From: Vicinamibacteria bacterium
GTDB taxonomy: Bacteria; Acidobacteriota; Vicinamibacteria; Marinacidobacterales; Marinacidobacteraceae
Reading direction: 5' to 3'
Assembly: GCA_964291235.2 (NCBI GenBank)
Contig: OZ219816.1
Coordinates: 1,920,001-1,984,000 of the forward strand
Length of the DNA stretch: 64,000 nucleotides
The position numbers were made by a program, and so were the translations under genes. The notes under the pieces are model-generated. The model ran no database searches, had not been told where the DNA came from, and saw nothing but the letters and a program-made list of their open reading frames with translations. How positions within the stretch are numbered: position 1 is the first letter of the stretch; each line of letters starts with the position of its first letter. Of the stretch, positions 8,421-17,766 are shown one piece after another.

Positions 8421-9830
8421 TCAGTTCTCGATTCCCGGCCCCGGGCGGACGCGGGTCTCGGGTGGCGTCGGCTGGACGGTTCCGTTCCGAACCACCCAGT
8501 AGCCATCGCGGAAGACCTCCGCCACGTTCGCGAGCGCGCCCAGGTCGGCGAGCGGGTCCCCCTCCACGATCAGGATGTCCGCAAGCTTGCCGACCTCGAG
8601 CGTCCCGAGCTTGTCGTCCATCCCGAGCACCCGGGCGCTGTCGCGGGTCGCCGCGACGAGCGCCTCGTTCGGCGTGAACCCGGACTCCACGTAGGCCTCC
8701 AACTCCCAGATGTAGGCGTAGGGGAGGTCGCGGTAGTTCTCGACGATCAGGTCGGTTCCCACACCGATCAGGATCCCCGCTTCCTTGAGTTCGCGCAGCA
8801 TGGCGCGGCTGATCTCACCGTTCAGTTCGAAGCGCCGCGAGGTGGAGCTGTGGTAGCTGCCCCGCTCGTTGAAGATGTAGTCGTAGGTGATGATGGTGGG
8901 TACCGACGCCGTGCCGCGCCGGGCCATCATCTGGACCACCTCGTCGGTGCGCGGCAGCGGGTGCTCGATGGTGTCGGCGCCGGCCTCCACCGCCCAGCCG
9001 GTATAGAAGGTCTCCGAATCCACGGTCACCTTGAGGCCGAGCGCGTGGGCCTCGTCCACCGCAGCCGCGATCTCCTCCTGGCTGAAGTGGCTCGCGATCT
9101 TGATGAGGTCGGCGCCCAGCTTGAACTGCTGGCGCACCGCGTCCCGGAACTCGTCCGGCCCGGACGCCTCGACGATCCCGCCGTAGAGCGCGTGGTGGAT
9201 CGAATACCCCTCGGCGCCGTGGCCGCCGGTGCCGGTGATGAGCGAACCCGCCGCGAAGACCCGCGGCCCCGGGAGACGGTTCTGGTTCACCCAGTCCTTG
9301 ACGATGAAAGGAACCGTCCCGGCGGAACCGGTATCCCGGATCGAGGTGATCCCCGAGCCGATGAAGACGTGAAGCCGTTCCATCGCCCGCAGCGTCTGAT
9401 GCGAGGGATCGATCGCCAGTACCTGCGGAACGTCCGGCTCGGTGTAGGTGAGATGGGTGTGCAGGTCGATCAGTCCGGGCAGGACGGTGTGGCCGGAGAC
9501 GTCGAGCACCATGGCGTCTTCGGGCCAGTCCCTCTCGCCCTCGCCGAGGATCGCGGCGATCCGGTTTCGCTCGATCACGAGCGTGCCGATGCGGGAGTCG
9601 GCGCCGGTGCCGTCGAAGAGGAAACCGCCCCAGAGAACGGTGGTCCCGTCGGGACCGCGCGGGCCCGGAGGAGCTGGAACGCGGCGGGGGTCGTCGGAGG
9701 TCTGGACCTCGTTCAGGAACTGGCGGCGGTCCACGACCTGGCGCTGCGTCTCGGGGGGCTGAGCGAGGGCGAGGGGGGCGGTGAGGGAGAAGAGAAGCGC
9801 AGTGGCGAAGATCACGCGAGCAAACGACAT
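8421..9830 (-). CDS. Exported amidohydrolase (Xaa-Pro dipeptidase-like subgroup)
   Basis: Signal peptide MSFARVIFATALLFSLTAPLALA, PGLIDLHTHL, GADLIK, TIEH, GTD, GTLEVGKLADI; start moved to ATG 9830 (AGGAG upstream). Confidence 0.88.
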   Translation of the reverse strand: MSFARVIFATALLFSLTAPLALAQPPETQRQVVDRRQFLNEVQTSDDPRRVPAPPGPRGPDGTTVLWGGFLFDGTGADSRIGTLVIERNRIAAILGEGERDWPEDAMVLDVSGHTVLPGLIDLHTHLTYTEPDVPQVLAIDPSHQTLRAMERLHVFIGSGITSIRDTGSAGTVPFIVKDWVNQNRLPGPRVFAAGSLITGTGGHGAEGYSIHHALYGGIVEASGPDEFRDAVRQQFKLGADLIKIASHFSQEEIAAAVDEAHALGLKVTVDSETFYTGWAVEAGADTIEHPLPRTDEVVQMMARRGTASVPTIITYDYIFNERGSYHSSTSRRFELNGEISRAMLRELKEAGILIGVGTDLIVENYRDLPYAYIWELEAYVESGFTPNEALVAATRDSARVLGMDDKLGTLEVGKLADILIVEGDPLADLGALANVAEVFRDGYWVVRNGTVQPTPPETRVRPGPGIEN

Positions 9831-9989
9831 GGGGAACTCCTTGGCGACCGAGCGGCCGGCGGGACTATTCTCGCCGGTTGGGGCCGTCGCGCCATCCGGG
9901 GTCGTTGCTGATTGACGGGAGGCGCGGGCGCCGGGACAATGTTGCTCGTGCTCGGCAACCCTGGTTCCCCGGCGTAAAGGCGCGCGAAG

Positions 9990-10970
9990 GTGCGGACAAC
10001 CGGCGGCAGGCGCGGAGCGGCAGGGCGCTTCCGGGTTTCGTCTATCAGCCACGCTCTCGCTCTGGTCGCCGGCGTACTGGTCGCGGGCTGCGGCTCCGAG
10101 CCGGCGGGCTCCGGGTCCGCCCAAGCCGAACCGGCGAGGTCGAAGGTGCTGCTGATCGGGATTGACGGGGTGCGGCCCGACGTGATGGCCGAGGTGCCGA
10201 CCCCGAATCTCGACGCGCTCGCCGGAGGGGGCCTGTTCATCGCGGACGCGCAGACGACGACCCCCTCGGTGAGCGGACCGGCCTGGTCGTCCATGCTGAC
10301 CGGCGTCTGGCCCGACAAGCACGGCGTCACGGACAACGAGTTCACCGGGAAGCGATATGACGAGTTTCCCGATTTCCTGACGCGTATCGAACAGGTGCGC
10401 CCCGAACTGGCGACGGTGGCCATCGCGGATTGGATGCCGCTCGTCCGGGCCGAAAAGGGGAGCGCCCCCGTCAGCGACGCCGTTGACGTGAAGCACGCGC
10501 TCGACGGCTACCAGGTCGGATGGGCCGAGGCAGACAACCGAGTGGCAGCGCTCGCGGTCGAGTTGCTCACCGGGTCCGACCCGGATGCCCTCTTCGTGTA
10601 CCTCGGCCATGCCGACGAAGCGAGCCATGAGCACGGCTCGATCGGTGAGGAATACCGCGCGGCGATTGCGGAGGCCGACCGGCAGGTGGGCGAGATCGTC
10701 GCGGCGGTGCGAGCCCGCCCGTCGTTCGCAACCGAGGACTGGCTGATCCTGTGCAGCACCGACCACGGCCGCCGAGCCGATGGTGGACATGGCGGAGACA
10801 GCCCGGAGGAAATGACGATCTTCGTGATCGCGAGTGGCGCCGGGTCGGCGACCGCCCCCATGCCGAATGGTGTCGGGATCGTGGACGTGGCGGTGACGGC
10901 CCTCACCCATCTCGGGCTCACCATCGAACCGGAGTGGGAGCTGGACGGGAAGTCGCTCACGGATCCCTGA
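9990..10970 (+). CDS. Alkaline phosphatase superfamily (nucleotide pyrophosphatase/phosphodiesterase-type) lipoprotein
   Basis: Lipobox VAGC, IGIDGVRPD, SVSGPAWSSMLTG, DEASHEHG, STDHG, GGHGG. Confidence 0.85.
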   Translation: MRTTGGRRGAAGRFRVSSISHALALVAGVLVAGCGSEPAGSGSAQAEPARSKVLLIGIDGVRPDVMAEVPTPNLDALAGGGLFIADAQTTTPSVSGPAWSSMLTGVWPDKHGVTDNEFTGKRYDEFPDFLTRIEQVRPELATVAIADWMPLVRAEKGSAPVSDAVDVKHALDGYQVGWAEADNRVAALAVELLTGSDPDALFVYLGHADEASHEHGSIGEEYRAAIAEADRQVGEIVAAVRARPSFATEDWLILCSTDHGRRADGGHGGDSPEEMTIFVIASGAGSATAPMPNGVGIVDVAVTALTHLGLTIEPEWELDGKSLTDP

Positions 10971-11045
10971 CCGGAATCGCCAGCCTCGCGCGTCTTCCCG
11001 GTCGGCGATGGGAGTGTCGCAGCGCTGCACGCGGCGATGCCGGTC
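10969..11045. repeat. Imperfect inverted repeat, same family as motifs at about 40541 and 40653
   Basis: gaccggaatcgcc near 10969 pairs with ggcgatgccggtc near 11033-11045 with one mismatch. Confidence 0.5.
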
Positions 11046-11074
11046 TTAACAGCCTGTGGCAAAACCCCCGCGGC

Positions 11075-11143
11075 CCAGTTCTCCCGGTGGGGGCTCGAGT
11101 GGCGATGCATCCCGCCTGAACGCCCCCCCACCGGGAGAACTGG
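11075..11143. repeat. 19-bp perfect inverted repeat between convergent genes; REP-like element
   Basis: ccagttctcccggtggggg (11075-11093) pairs with cccccaccgggagaactgg (11125-11143); arm sequence recurs at 25197 and 40518. Confidence 0.8.
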
Positions 11144-11200
11144 CGCTTTGCGGCGCTGATCGTTGACCGCCGGGGGCACTGGCCGGCCGTCCCGGGCGCG

Positions 11201-12253
11201 CTACAGGGCGGCGAGGACGATGTCGGTGATTTCGGTGGTGCCGGCGGAGCCGCCAAGGTCGCGGGGCAGGACATCTCCTCGCAGGCAGTCGGTGACCGCG
11301 GACTCGATGGCCGCCGCCTCCTCCTTCAACCCGAACGACAGGTCCAGCATCATCGCCGCTGTCGAAATCGCCGCGAGCGGGTTCGCAATCCCCTGCCCCG
11401 CGATGTCCGGGGCGGAACCGTGTACCGGCTCGTACAGTCCGCCGCCGTCGCCCACGCTCGCCGAGGGCAGCAGGCCGAGCGATCCGGCCAGCACCGAGGC
11501 CTCGTCGCTCAGGATGTCTCCGAACATGTTGCCGGTGAGGATCACGTCGAACTGGGACGGGTCCCGGACGATCTCCATGGCGGCGCGGTCCACGTACATG
11601 TGGTCGAGCCGGACCGCGGGGTAATCGGAAGCCATCCCGGCCACCACCTCCCGCCAGAGCTGCGACGACTCCAGGACGTTCGCCTTGTCCACCGAAAGCA
11701 GGAGTCCCCGCCGGCGGCCGGCGGCCTCGAAGGCGACGCGGGCGATCCGCTCGATCTCGCGCACCTCGTAGCGGAGCGTGTTCACGCCGACCCGCTGGCC
11801 GTTCTCTTCCCGGATCCCGCGCGGCTCGCCGTAGTAGATGCCGCCGGTGAGCTCGCGCACGATGAGGAGGTCCGCCCCCTCGATCGCCTCCGGCCGGAAG
11901 GGGGAACTGTCCAGCACCCGAATCACCTTGACCGGACGCAGGTTCGCGTAGGCACCGAGCATCCGGCGGAGCTCGAGGAGAGCGCGTTCCGGGCGCTCGG
12001 CAGCGGGGAGCACGTCGTGGCGCGGATCCCCAACCGCCCCCAGCAGGATCGCCCGGGCGCCGGCGCAGGCGGCGCGGGTCACATCGGGAAATCCGGTGCC
12101 CGTCCGGTCCCAGGCCGCTCCCGCGAAGTCGTGGCGCTCCACGAGCAGCCGGTGGCCGCGCCGCGCCGCCACCCGCTCCAGCACGCGTTCGGCCTCGGCC
12201 ACCACGTCGGGGCCGATGCCGTCTCCGGGAAGACAGACGATGGGCAAATCCAT
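11201..12253 (-). CDS. leuB: 3-isopropylmalate dehydrogenase
   Basis: LPGDGIGPDV, LLGAVGDP, ANLRPV, VRELTGGIYYGEP, SVDKANVLESS, NMFGDILSDEAS, EPVHGSAPDIAG; start set at MDLPIV. Confidence 0.96.
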   Translation of the reverse strand: MDLPIVCLPGDGIGPDVVAEAERVLERVAARRGHRLLVERHDFAGAAWDRTGTGFPDVTRAACAGARAILLGAVGDPRHDVLPAAERPERALLELRRMLGAYANLRPVKVIRVLDSSPFRPEAIEGADLLIVRELTGGIYYGEPRGIREENGQRVGVNTLRYEVREIERIARVAFEAAGRRRGLLLSVDKANVLESSQLWREVVAGMASDYPAVRLDHMYVDRAAMEIVRDPSQFDVILTGNMFGDILSDEASVLAGSLGLLPSASVGDGGGLYEPVHGSAPDIAGQGIANPLAAISTAAMMLDLSFGLKEEAAAIESAVTDCLRGDVLPRDLGGSAGTTEITDIVLAAL

Positions 12254-12330
12254 GTTGGCCGGGGATGGTAATCGCCCGCCCCACATTCCCGGCCCTGGCA
12301 TACCCGGCCCCGTCATAGACTCCCCCCGCG

Positions 12331-13062
12331 ATGGCCCCGAATCCCAAGCTGACCGCCTGGGGGAGCCTCCGCCGCTACCTGCTGCGCGGCTTCCTGGTCT
12401 GGATTCCGCTGGCGGCCGTGTTCCTGGTGGGGCGAGTGATCTATTCGATCATCCAGTCCTGGTTCTTCCCCTCCCTCCCCTGGGAGCCGCGGCTCACCGC
12501 GCTCGGCGTGGTGATCCTGGTGCTCTTCCTGACCGGTTGGGGAGTCACCAAGTTCGGCGTTGCCCGGGTGGTGCTGCGCGCCACCGTCGAACGCCCGCTC
12601 AGCCGGATTCCGGTGGCGCGCTGGGTCTATTCGGGAGTGCGCCAACTGCTCGAGGCGCTCTTCTCCTCCGGTGACGCCTTCGGGAAGGTGGTGCTCATCG
12701 AATACCCGCGCCGCGGCGTTTACAGCATCGCGTTCCAGATGGCGGGAGAACTCGGCGAGGTCCAGCACCGGGTGCGGCAACGCATCGCCGAACGAAACGG
12801 CGTCGCCGCCACCCCGGCGCCGAACGATGCCGGGCCGGAGCAACGGGAGGTCATGGCGGTCTTCGTGCCCACGACGCCCAATCCGACCTCGGGCTTCGTC
12901 ATCACCCTCCCCAAGGAAGATGTCATCGAACTCTCGATGAGCCGGCAGGCGGCCCTCCAGATGATCATCTCGCTCGGGGTGGTCGTTCCCGAGTGGCAAA
13001 AGGACCAACTGGAAGGGGAGCCCTCTCCCCCTCCGGGACCGGACTCCGCCGCGCCGGCCTGA
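12331..13062 (+). CDS. DUF502 family membrane protein
   Basis: Two N-terminal TM helices, RIPVARWVY, VLIEYPRRG, VFVPTTPNPTSGF. Confidence 0.9.
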   Translation: MAPNPKLTAWGSLRRYLLRGFLVWIPLAAVFLVGRVIYSIIQSWFFPSLPWEPRLTALGVVILVLFLTGWGVTKFGVARVVLRATVERPLSRIPVARWVYSGVRQLLEALFSSGDAFGKVVLIEYPRRGVYSIAFQMAGELGEVQHRVRQRIAERNGVAATPAPNDAGPEQREVMAVFVPTTPNPTSGFVITLPKEDVIELSMSRQAALQMIISLGVVVPEWQKDQLEGEPSPPPGPDSAAPA

Positions 13063-13107
13063 ACCGGACGCGCCGCCCGGCTGCCTGATTCCCGGCGGCG
13101 GTCCGAC

Positions 13108-14466
13108 TCAGACGACGCCCTGGTCCATCATGGCGTCCGCGACCTTGAAGAACCCGGCGATATTGGCGCCCACGACGTAGTTGCCGACGGCGTCGAACCG
13201 CTCCGACGCCTTGACGCAGGCGTCATGGACTTCAAACATGATGTCGCTCAGCCGGTGGTCCACCACCTCGCGCTTCCACTGGATCATCCCGACGTTCTGG
13301 GCCATCTCCAGCCCCGATACCGCGACGCCGCCGGCGTTTGCGGCCTTGCCGGGTCCGTAGAGGATCCCGGCGGCCACGAACTGGTCCACCGCGTCCGGCA
13401 CCGAAGGCATGTTGGCGCCTTCGGAGACCACGAAACAGCCGTTTTCGAGCAGGGTGGCGGCGTCCTTGGCGCTGACTTCGTTCTCGGTGGCGCTCGGGAA
13501 GGCGCACGCGGCCGGTATGGCCCACAGCGGGTTGTGGTCGGCGCCCAGATCGGAATCGTGATACGTCACGCCCGGGAACTTCTCGGCGTATTCCCGAATC
13601 CGGCCCCGCCGGACGTTTTTCAGTTCCATGACCCAGGCCAGCTTCTCCTGGTCGATCCCGGCCGGATCGTGGATGAAGCCGCTCGAATCGGACAGCGTCA
13701 CCGCCTTGGCCTCGAGGTCATTCAACTTCTCCACGGTGAACTGGGCCACGTTGCCGCTGCCGGAGACGAGACAGGTCTTCCCGCGCAGGTCGTCGTTGCG
13801 GGTGGCAAGCATCTCCTGGGCGAAGTAGACGGCCCCGTAGCCGGTGGCCTCCGGCCGGATGAGCGATCCGCCCCACCCCGGCGACTTGCCGGTGAGGGTG
13901 CCGGTGAACTCGTTGGCGAGCCGTTTGTACTGGCCGAACAGGAAGCCGATCTCGCGGCCGCCGACGCCGATGTCTCCGGCCGGAACGTCGGTGTAGGGCC
14001 CGATGTGACGCTGCAGCTCGGTCATGAACGACTGGCAAAAGCGCATCACCTCGGCATCGCTCTTCCCCTTCGGATCGAAGTCCGACCCGCCCTTGCCGCC
14101 GCCGAGCGGCAAGGTGGTCAGCGAGTTCTTGAACACCTGCTCGAAGGCGAGGAACTTGAGGATCGAGGCGTTCACCGAGGGATGGAAACGCAGGCCGCCC
14201 TTATAGGGCCCGATCGCGCTGTTCATCTCGATCCGGAAGCCCCGGTTCACCTGGACCTCGCCCGAGTCGTTCACCCAGGGCACCCGGAACTGCACCAGGC
14301 GCTCGGGTTCCACCATGCGGTCCAGCACGCGCGCCGCGCGGTACTCGGGGTGTCGCTCGATGACAACGGCAACCGACTCGATGACCTCGCGGACAGCCTG
14401 GTTGAATTCGGGCTCGTTCGGATTGCGCGCCGCGACCTGGTTCAGGACAGACTCGATGTAGTTCAT
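13108..14466 (-). CDS. gdhA: NADP-specific glutamate dehydrogenase
   Basis: EPEFNQAVREV, GPYKGGLRFHPSV, GGGKGGSDFDP, DVPAGDIGVGGRE, RPEATGYG, SGSGNVA, KAANAGGVAVS; GGAGG before ATG 14466. Confidence 0.96.
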   Translation of the reverse strand: MNYIESVLNQVAARNPNEPEFNQAVREVIESVAVVIERHPEYRAARVLDRMVEPERLVQFRVPWVNDSGEVQVNRGFRIEMNSAIGPYKGGLRFHPSVNASILKFLAFEQVFKNSLTTLPLGGGKGGSDFDPKGKSDAEVMRFCQSFMTELQRHIGPYTDVPAGDIGVGGREIGFLFGQYKRLANEFTGTLTGKSPGWGGSLIRPEATGYGAVYFAQEMLATRNDDLRGKTCLVSGSGNVAQFTVEKLNDLEAKAVTLSDSSGFIHDPAGIDQEKLAWVMELKNVRRGRIREYAEKFPGVTYHDSDLGADHNPLWAIPAACAFPSATENEVSAKDAATLLENGCFVVSEGANMPSVPDAVDQFVAAGILYGPGKAANAGGVAVSGLEMAQNVGMIQWKREVVDHRLSDIMFEVHDACVKASERFDAVGNYVVGANIAGFFKVADAMMDQGVV

Positions 14467-14761
14467 GGACCCTCCAGCCCCACCGCCCGTGAACAGGGCA
14501 ACGCGGCCTTCGGCCGCGATCCATCCCGGCGGCAACGCTTCGCGCTCGGTCGCGAATCCCGCGGAATACGCTCGGCATTCCTCCGATTCGCGCCGTGTCA
14601 GCCAGGCGCCTCACCGGCCTCGGTGCTCACGCTGCCCTGTCCAGGGACGGCGAGTGGCGCGGATTGTAGGGCTCCTTCCGGGTCAATGCTCGCGCTCTTT
14701 GAGATTTCCTCCGCCGGGAGGCCGAAAGAAGGCCCAAGCCGGGTGACAAACTAGCAATCGC

Positions 14762-17734
14762 ATGCCACTGCACGGCAATCTCTCCCCGGCGTTCGCCGAC
14801 CTCCTGGGCTTCCAGGTCCACGAAGTCCTCTTCGTGCTGAGCCACTACGACTCCTTCATCCTCGCCGAGGACGGCCAGCTCAACGACCGCGTTCTTTCGG
14901 GTTTTTTGGACCTGAACCTGCGGATCCTGCCGAGCGTGACCCAGGTGGAGTCCGGCGCCGAAGCCCTGGATCGCCTGGCGCGGACCCCGGACCGCTTCCA
15001 GTTGGTGATCGGCTCTCCGGATCTCGGCGACATGGACATCGGCACCTTCGCCCATCGCCTGCGTCACGCGGGACGGGAAACGCCGGTCACGCTCTTCGGC
15101 TACGACGCGGGCACGGTGGGCGAATACCTGACCCGCCACGGGAGCCACGACCTCGAAAAACCTTTCGTCTGGCAGGGCGATGTGGGGATCTTCCTCGCCA
15201 TCGTCAAACAGCTCGAGGACCGCCGGAACGCGCCCCAGGACACCGGACACCTGGGCGTACCCGCCATCCTGCTGATCGAGGACAGCATCCGCTACTACTC
15301 CTCGTTCCTGCCGGTGGTCTATCAGGCGGTCTTCGAGCAGACCCGGAAGCTGGTCCCCGAGGGGCTCAGCCTCACCGAGAAGTTCCACCGCATCAAGCGC
15401 CGTCCCAAGATCCTGCTCTGCGACCGCTACGAGGAAGCGTGGGAGTACTTCACCTCCTACCAGGACCAGATTCTCGGGGTGATCTCGGACGTTGAATTCC
15501 CGCGGGAGGGCCGCTCGGATCCGCAGGCGGGCGAGCGCTTCGTGGCCGCCACGCGGCGCGCGCGCCCGGACATCCCCGCCATCCTCCACTCCCGCCGCCC
15601 GGAGAACGCCGCGGCGGCCGAGAGCGTGGGAGCCGACTTCCTGCTCAAGGGATCACGGGATCTGCTGCGCCGCATCCGCCGGTTGATGCGCGACCGGTTC
15701 CACTTCGGGGATTTCATCTTCCGGATGCCCGACGGAACCGAGGTCGCCCGGACGCCGGACCTCGAATCCTTCGAGCGCGAACTTCCGAACGTACCGCACG
15801 AGGCCATCCTCGAGTCCGCCCGCAAGAACGAGATCTCGCACTGGCTGATGGCGCGCGGGGAACTGGAACTCGCCGCCCGGCTGCGAGACGTGCGGGTCAG
15901 TGACTACGGCCCCGGCGATCACATCGGACGCGATGTCGCCGAGCGCCTCGCCAGGCGGCGGCAGGAGCGAAGCCGGTCGGTGGTGGCCGATTTCCCTCGC
16001 GAACACTTCGATCCAGGCGCCAGTTTCCTCCGGATCGGCAGCGGGTCGGTGGGCGGCAAGGCGCGTGGACTGGCGTTTACCAACTCGGTGCTCGCCCGTT
16101 CCGGCATTCAGGAACGCCACCCGAACACGATCATCGGCGTTCCCCAGGCGGTCGTCCTCGCCACCGGGATCTTCGACCGCTTCATGGAGGAGAACGACCT
16201 TCTCTCCTTCGCGCTCGAGGTATCGAGCGAGGCTGAGCTGCGCCGGCGCTTCGACGAAGCCCGCTTTCCCGAGGAAGCGTGGGGGGATCTCCGCCGCTTT
16301 CAGGAGAAGGTGCGGTATCCGGTGGCGGTCCGGTCGTCCAGCCTGCTGGAGGACTCGCCCTACCAGCCCTTTTCCGGGGTGTACGAGACCGTCCTGGTGG
16401 CGAACCAGGAGGAGACGGCGCGCGGACGCCTCGACGCTCTGGCGCGGGCCATCAAGCAGGTGTACGCCTCGTTGTTCCTGCCCAGGGTCCGCAGCTTCCT
16501 CGACAGCACCCCCTACCGCCAGGAAGAGGAAAAGATGGCGGTGATTCTCCAGCGGGTCGTCGGGGTGCCCCACGGGCGGCGCTTTTACCCCGACATCGCG
16601 GGGACCGCCCGCTCACAGAACTTCTATCCCACCGCGCCGCTCCGCGCCGCGGACGGCATCGCCACCGTCGGGCTGGGACTCGGCGAACAGATCACGAGCG
16701 GCGGTCCGGCGGTTCGATTTTCGCCGCGCCATCCCCAGCACCGCCTGGGACACCAGAGCGCCGAGGATGCGTGGCGCAATTCACAGAGCGAGTTCCTGGC
16801 GGTGGATCTCGAATCCGGACCCTTGAGCGGCGTCTCCGGGCTGCCGCCGCTGGTGACCGGCTCGCTCGCCGACGCCGAGGCGGACGGCGTGCTGGGGCTG
16901 CTCGCTTCCACCTGGGCGAAGGACTCGGGAACCCTCTACGACGGCATCTCGCGGCCGGGGAGCCGGTTGCTCACCCTCGCTCCCCTGCTCAAGATGCCCG
17001 ACGTCTTCCCGATCGCGGACATCCTCACCGAACTCCTCGACATGGGGGAAGAGGCGTGCCGGGCGCCGGTGGAGCTGGAGTTCGCGGCCAACCTGTCGGT
17101 GCCCCGGGGAAGCCCCCGGGAGTTCGGGTTCGTCCAGTTGCGGCGGCTACAGCAGACCCGGGAACTGCCGCCGGCGGAAAAAATCGCGGTCGCGAGCGGC
17201 GAAGGCGTCCTCTGCCGGAGTTCCCAAGTGCTCGGTCACGGTCAGATCGAGGGACTGCGCGATCTGGTGGTGGTCCAACGCGACACCTACGACCGGCTGA
17301 AGAGCCACGAAGTCGCGCGCGACGTCACCCACTGCAACAGCGTGCTCCAACGGGCGGGCCGTCCTTACGCGCTCATCGGCGTCGGCCGGTGGGGTTCGAG
17401 GGATCGCTTCCTCGGGATTCCGGTCAGCTGGGAGCAGGTGAGCGGCGCCCAGGTCATCGTGGAGGCCGGCTTCCGGGATCTCATCGTCACCCCGTCGCAG
17501 GGCACGCACTTCTTCGACAACCTGGTCTCGCACGGGATCGGCTACTTCACCGTGAATCCCGAACGCGGCGACGGCCTCCTCGACTGGGACTGGCTGGGGG
17601 CGCAGCCCGCGGTCTGGGAAAGCGGCCCCGTCCGTCATCTCCGTCTCGAGAACCCGCTCCGGGTGCGCATGCAGGGGAGCCGCAGCGACGGCTGGATCCT
17701 GAAGCCGGAACGCTCGGGAGCCGATCCGCGCTGA
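14762..17734 (+). CDS. Receiver-domain plus PEP/pyruvate-binding (PPDK_N) protein, function unknown
   Basis: REC-like segments (LLIEDS, GVISDVEFP), VGGKARGL, AVRSSSLLED, FSGVYET, EEEKMAVILQ, VELEFA, C-terminal SQGTHFF; no TSHAA phospho-His motif and no pyruvate-binding barrel. Confidence 0.85.
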   Translation: MPLHGNLSPAFADLLGFQVHEVLFVLSHYDSFILAEDGQLNDRVLSGFLDLNLRILPSVTQVESGAEALDRLARTPDRFQLVIGSPDLGDMDIGTFAHRLRHAGRETPVTLFGYDAGTVGEYLTRHGSHDLEKPFVWQGDVGIFLAIVKQLEDRRNAPQDTGHLGVPAILLIEDSIRYYSSFLPVVYQAVFEQTRKLVPEGLSLTEKFHRIKRRPKILLCDRYEEAWEYFTSYQDQILGVISDVEFPREGRSDPQAGERFVAATRRARPDIPAILHSRRPENAAAAESVGADFLLKGSRDLLRRIRRLMRDRFHFGDFIFRMPDGTEVARTPDLESFERELPNVPHEAILESARKNEISHWLMARGELELAARLRDVRVSDYGPGDHIGRDVAERLARRRQERSRSVVADFPREHFDPGASFLRIGSGSVGGKARGLAFTNSVLARSGIQERHPNTIIGVPQAVVLATGIFDRFMEENDLLSFALEVSSEAELRRRFDEARFPEEAWGDLRRFQEKVRYPVAVRSSSLLEDSPYQPFSGVYETVLVANQEETARGRLDALARAIKQVYASLFLPRVRSFLDSTPYRQEEEKMAVILQRVVGVPHGRRFYPDIAGTARSQNFYPTAPLRAADGIATVGLGLGEQITSGGPAVRFSPRHPQHRLGHQSAEDAWRNSQSEFLAVDLESGPLSGVSGLPPLVTGSLADAEADGVLGLLASTWAKDSGTLYDGISRPGSRLLTLAPLLKMPDVFPIADILTELLDMGEEACRAPVELEFAANLSVPRGSPREFGFVQLRRLQQTRELPPAEKIAVASGEGVLCRSSQVLGHGQIEGLRDLVVVQRDTYDRLKSHEVARDVTHCNSVLQRAGRPYALIGVGRWGSRDRFLGIPVSWEQVSGAQVIVEAGFRDLIVTPSQGTHFFDNLVSHGIGYFTVNPERGDGLLDWDWLGAQPAVWESGPVRHLRLENPLRVRMQGSRSDGWILKPERSGADPR

Positions 17735-17766
17735 CGTGATTGCCGTCCCGGATTGAGGTCCCCTGC

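Noticed and set aside
9831-11030. 400-aa N-terminal extension of the amidohydrolase in the 869-aa ORF
   Set aside because: It is the antisense of the phosphodiesterase gene; the signal peptide and RBS place the start at 9830
11046-11070. TTAACAGCCTGTGGCAAAACCCC as an IS terminal inverted repeat
   Set aside because: No matching second end, target duplication or transposase in the window
14640-14680. Sigma-54 promoter in the gdhA intergenic region (TGGCGCG)
   Set aside because: No GC dinucleotide at the -12 position
14762-17734. Calling the gene ppsA or ppdK
   Set aside because: It lacks the TSHAA phospho-His motif and the C-terminal PEP/pyruvate barrel and carries receiver-like domains
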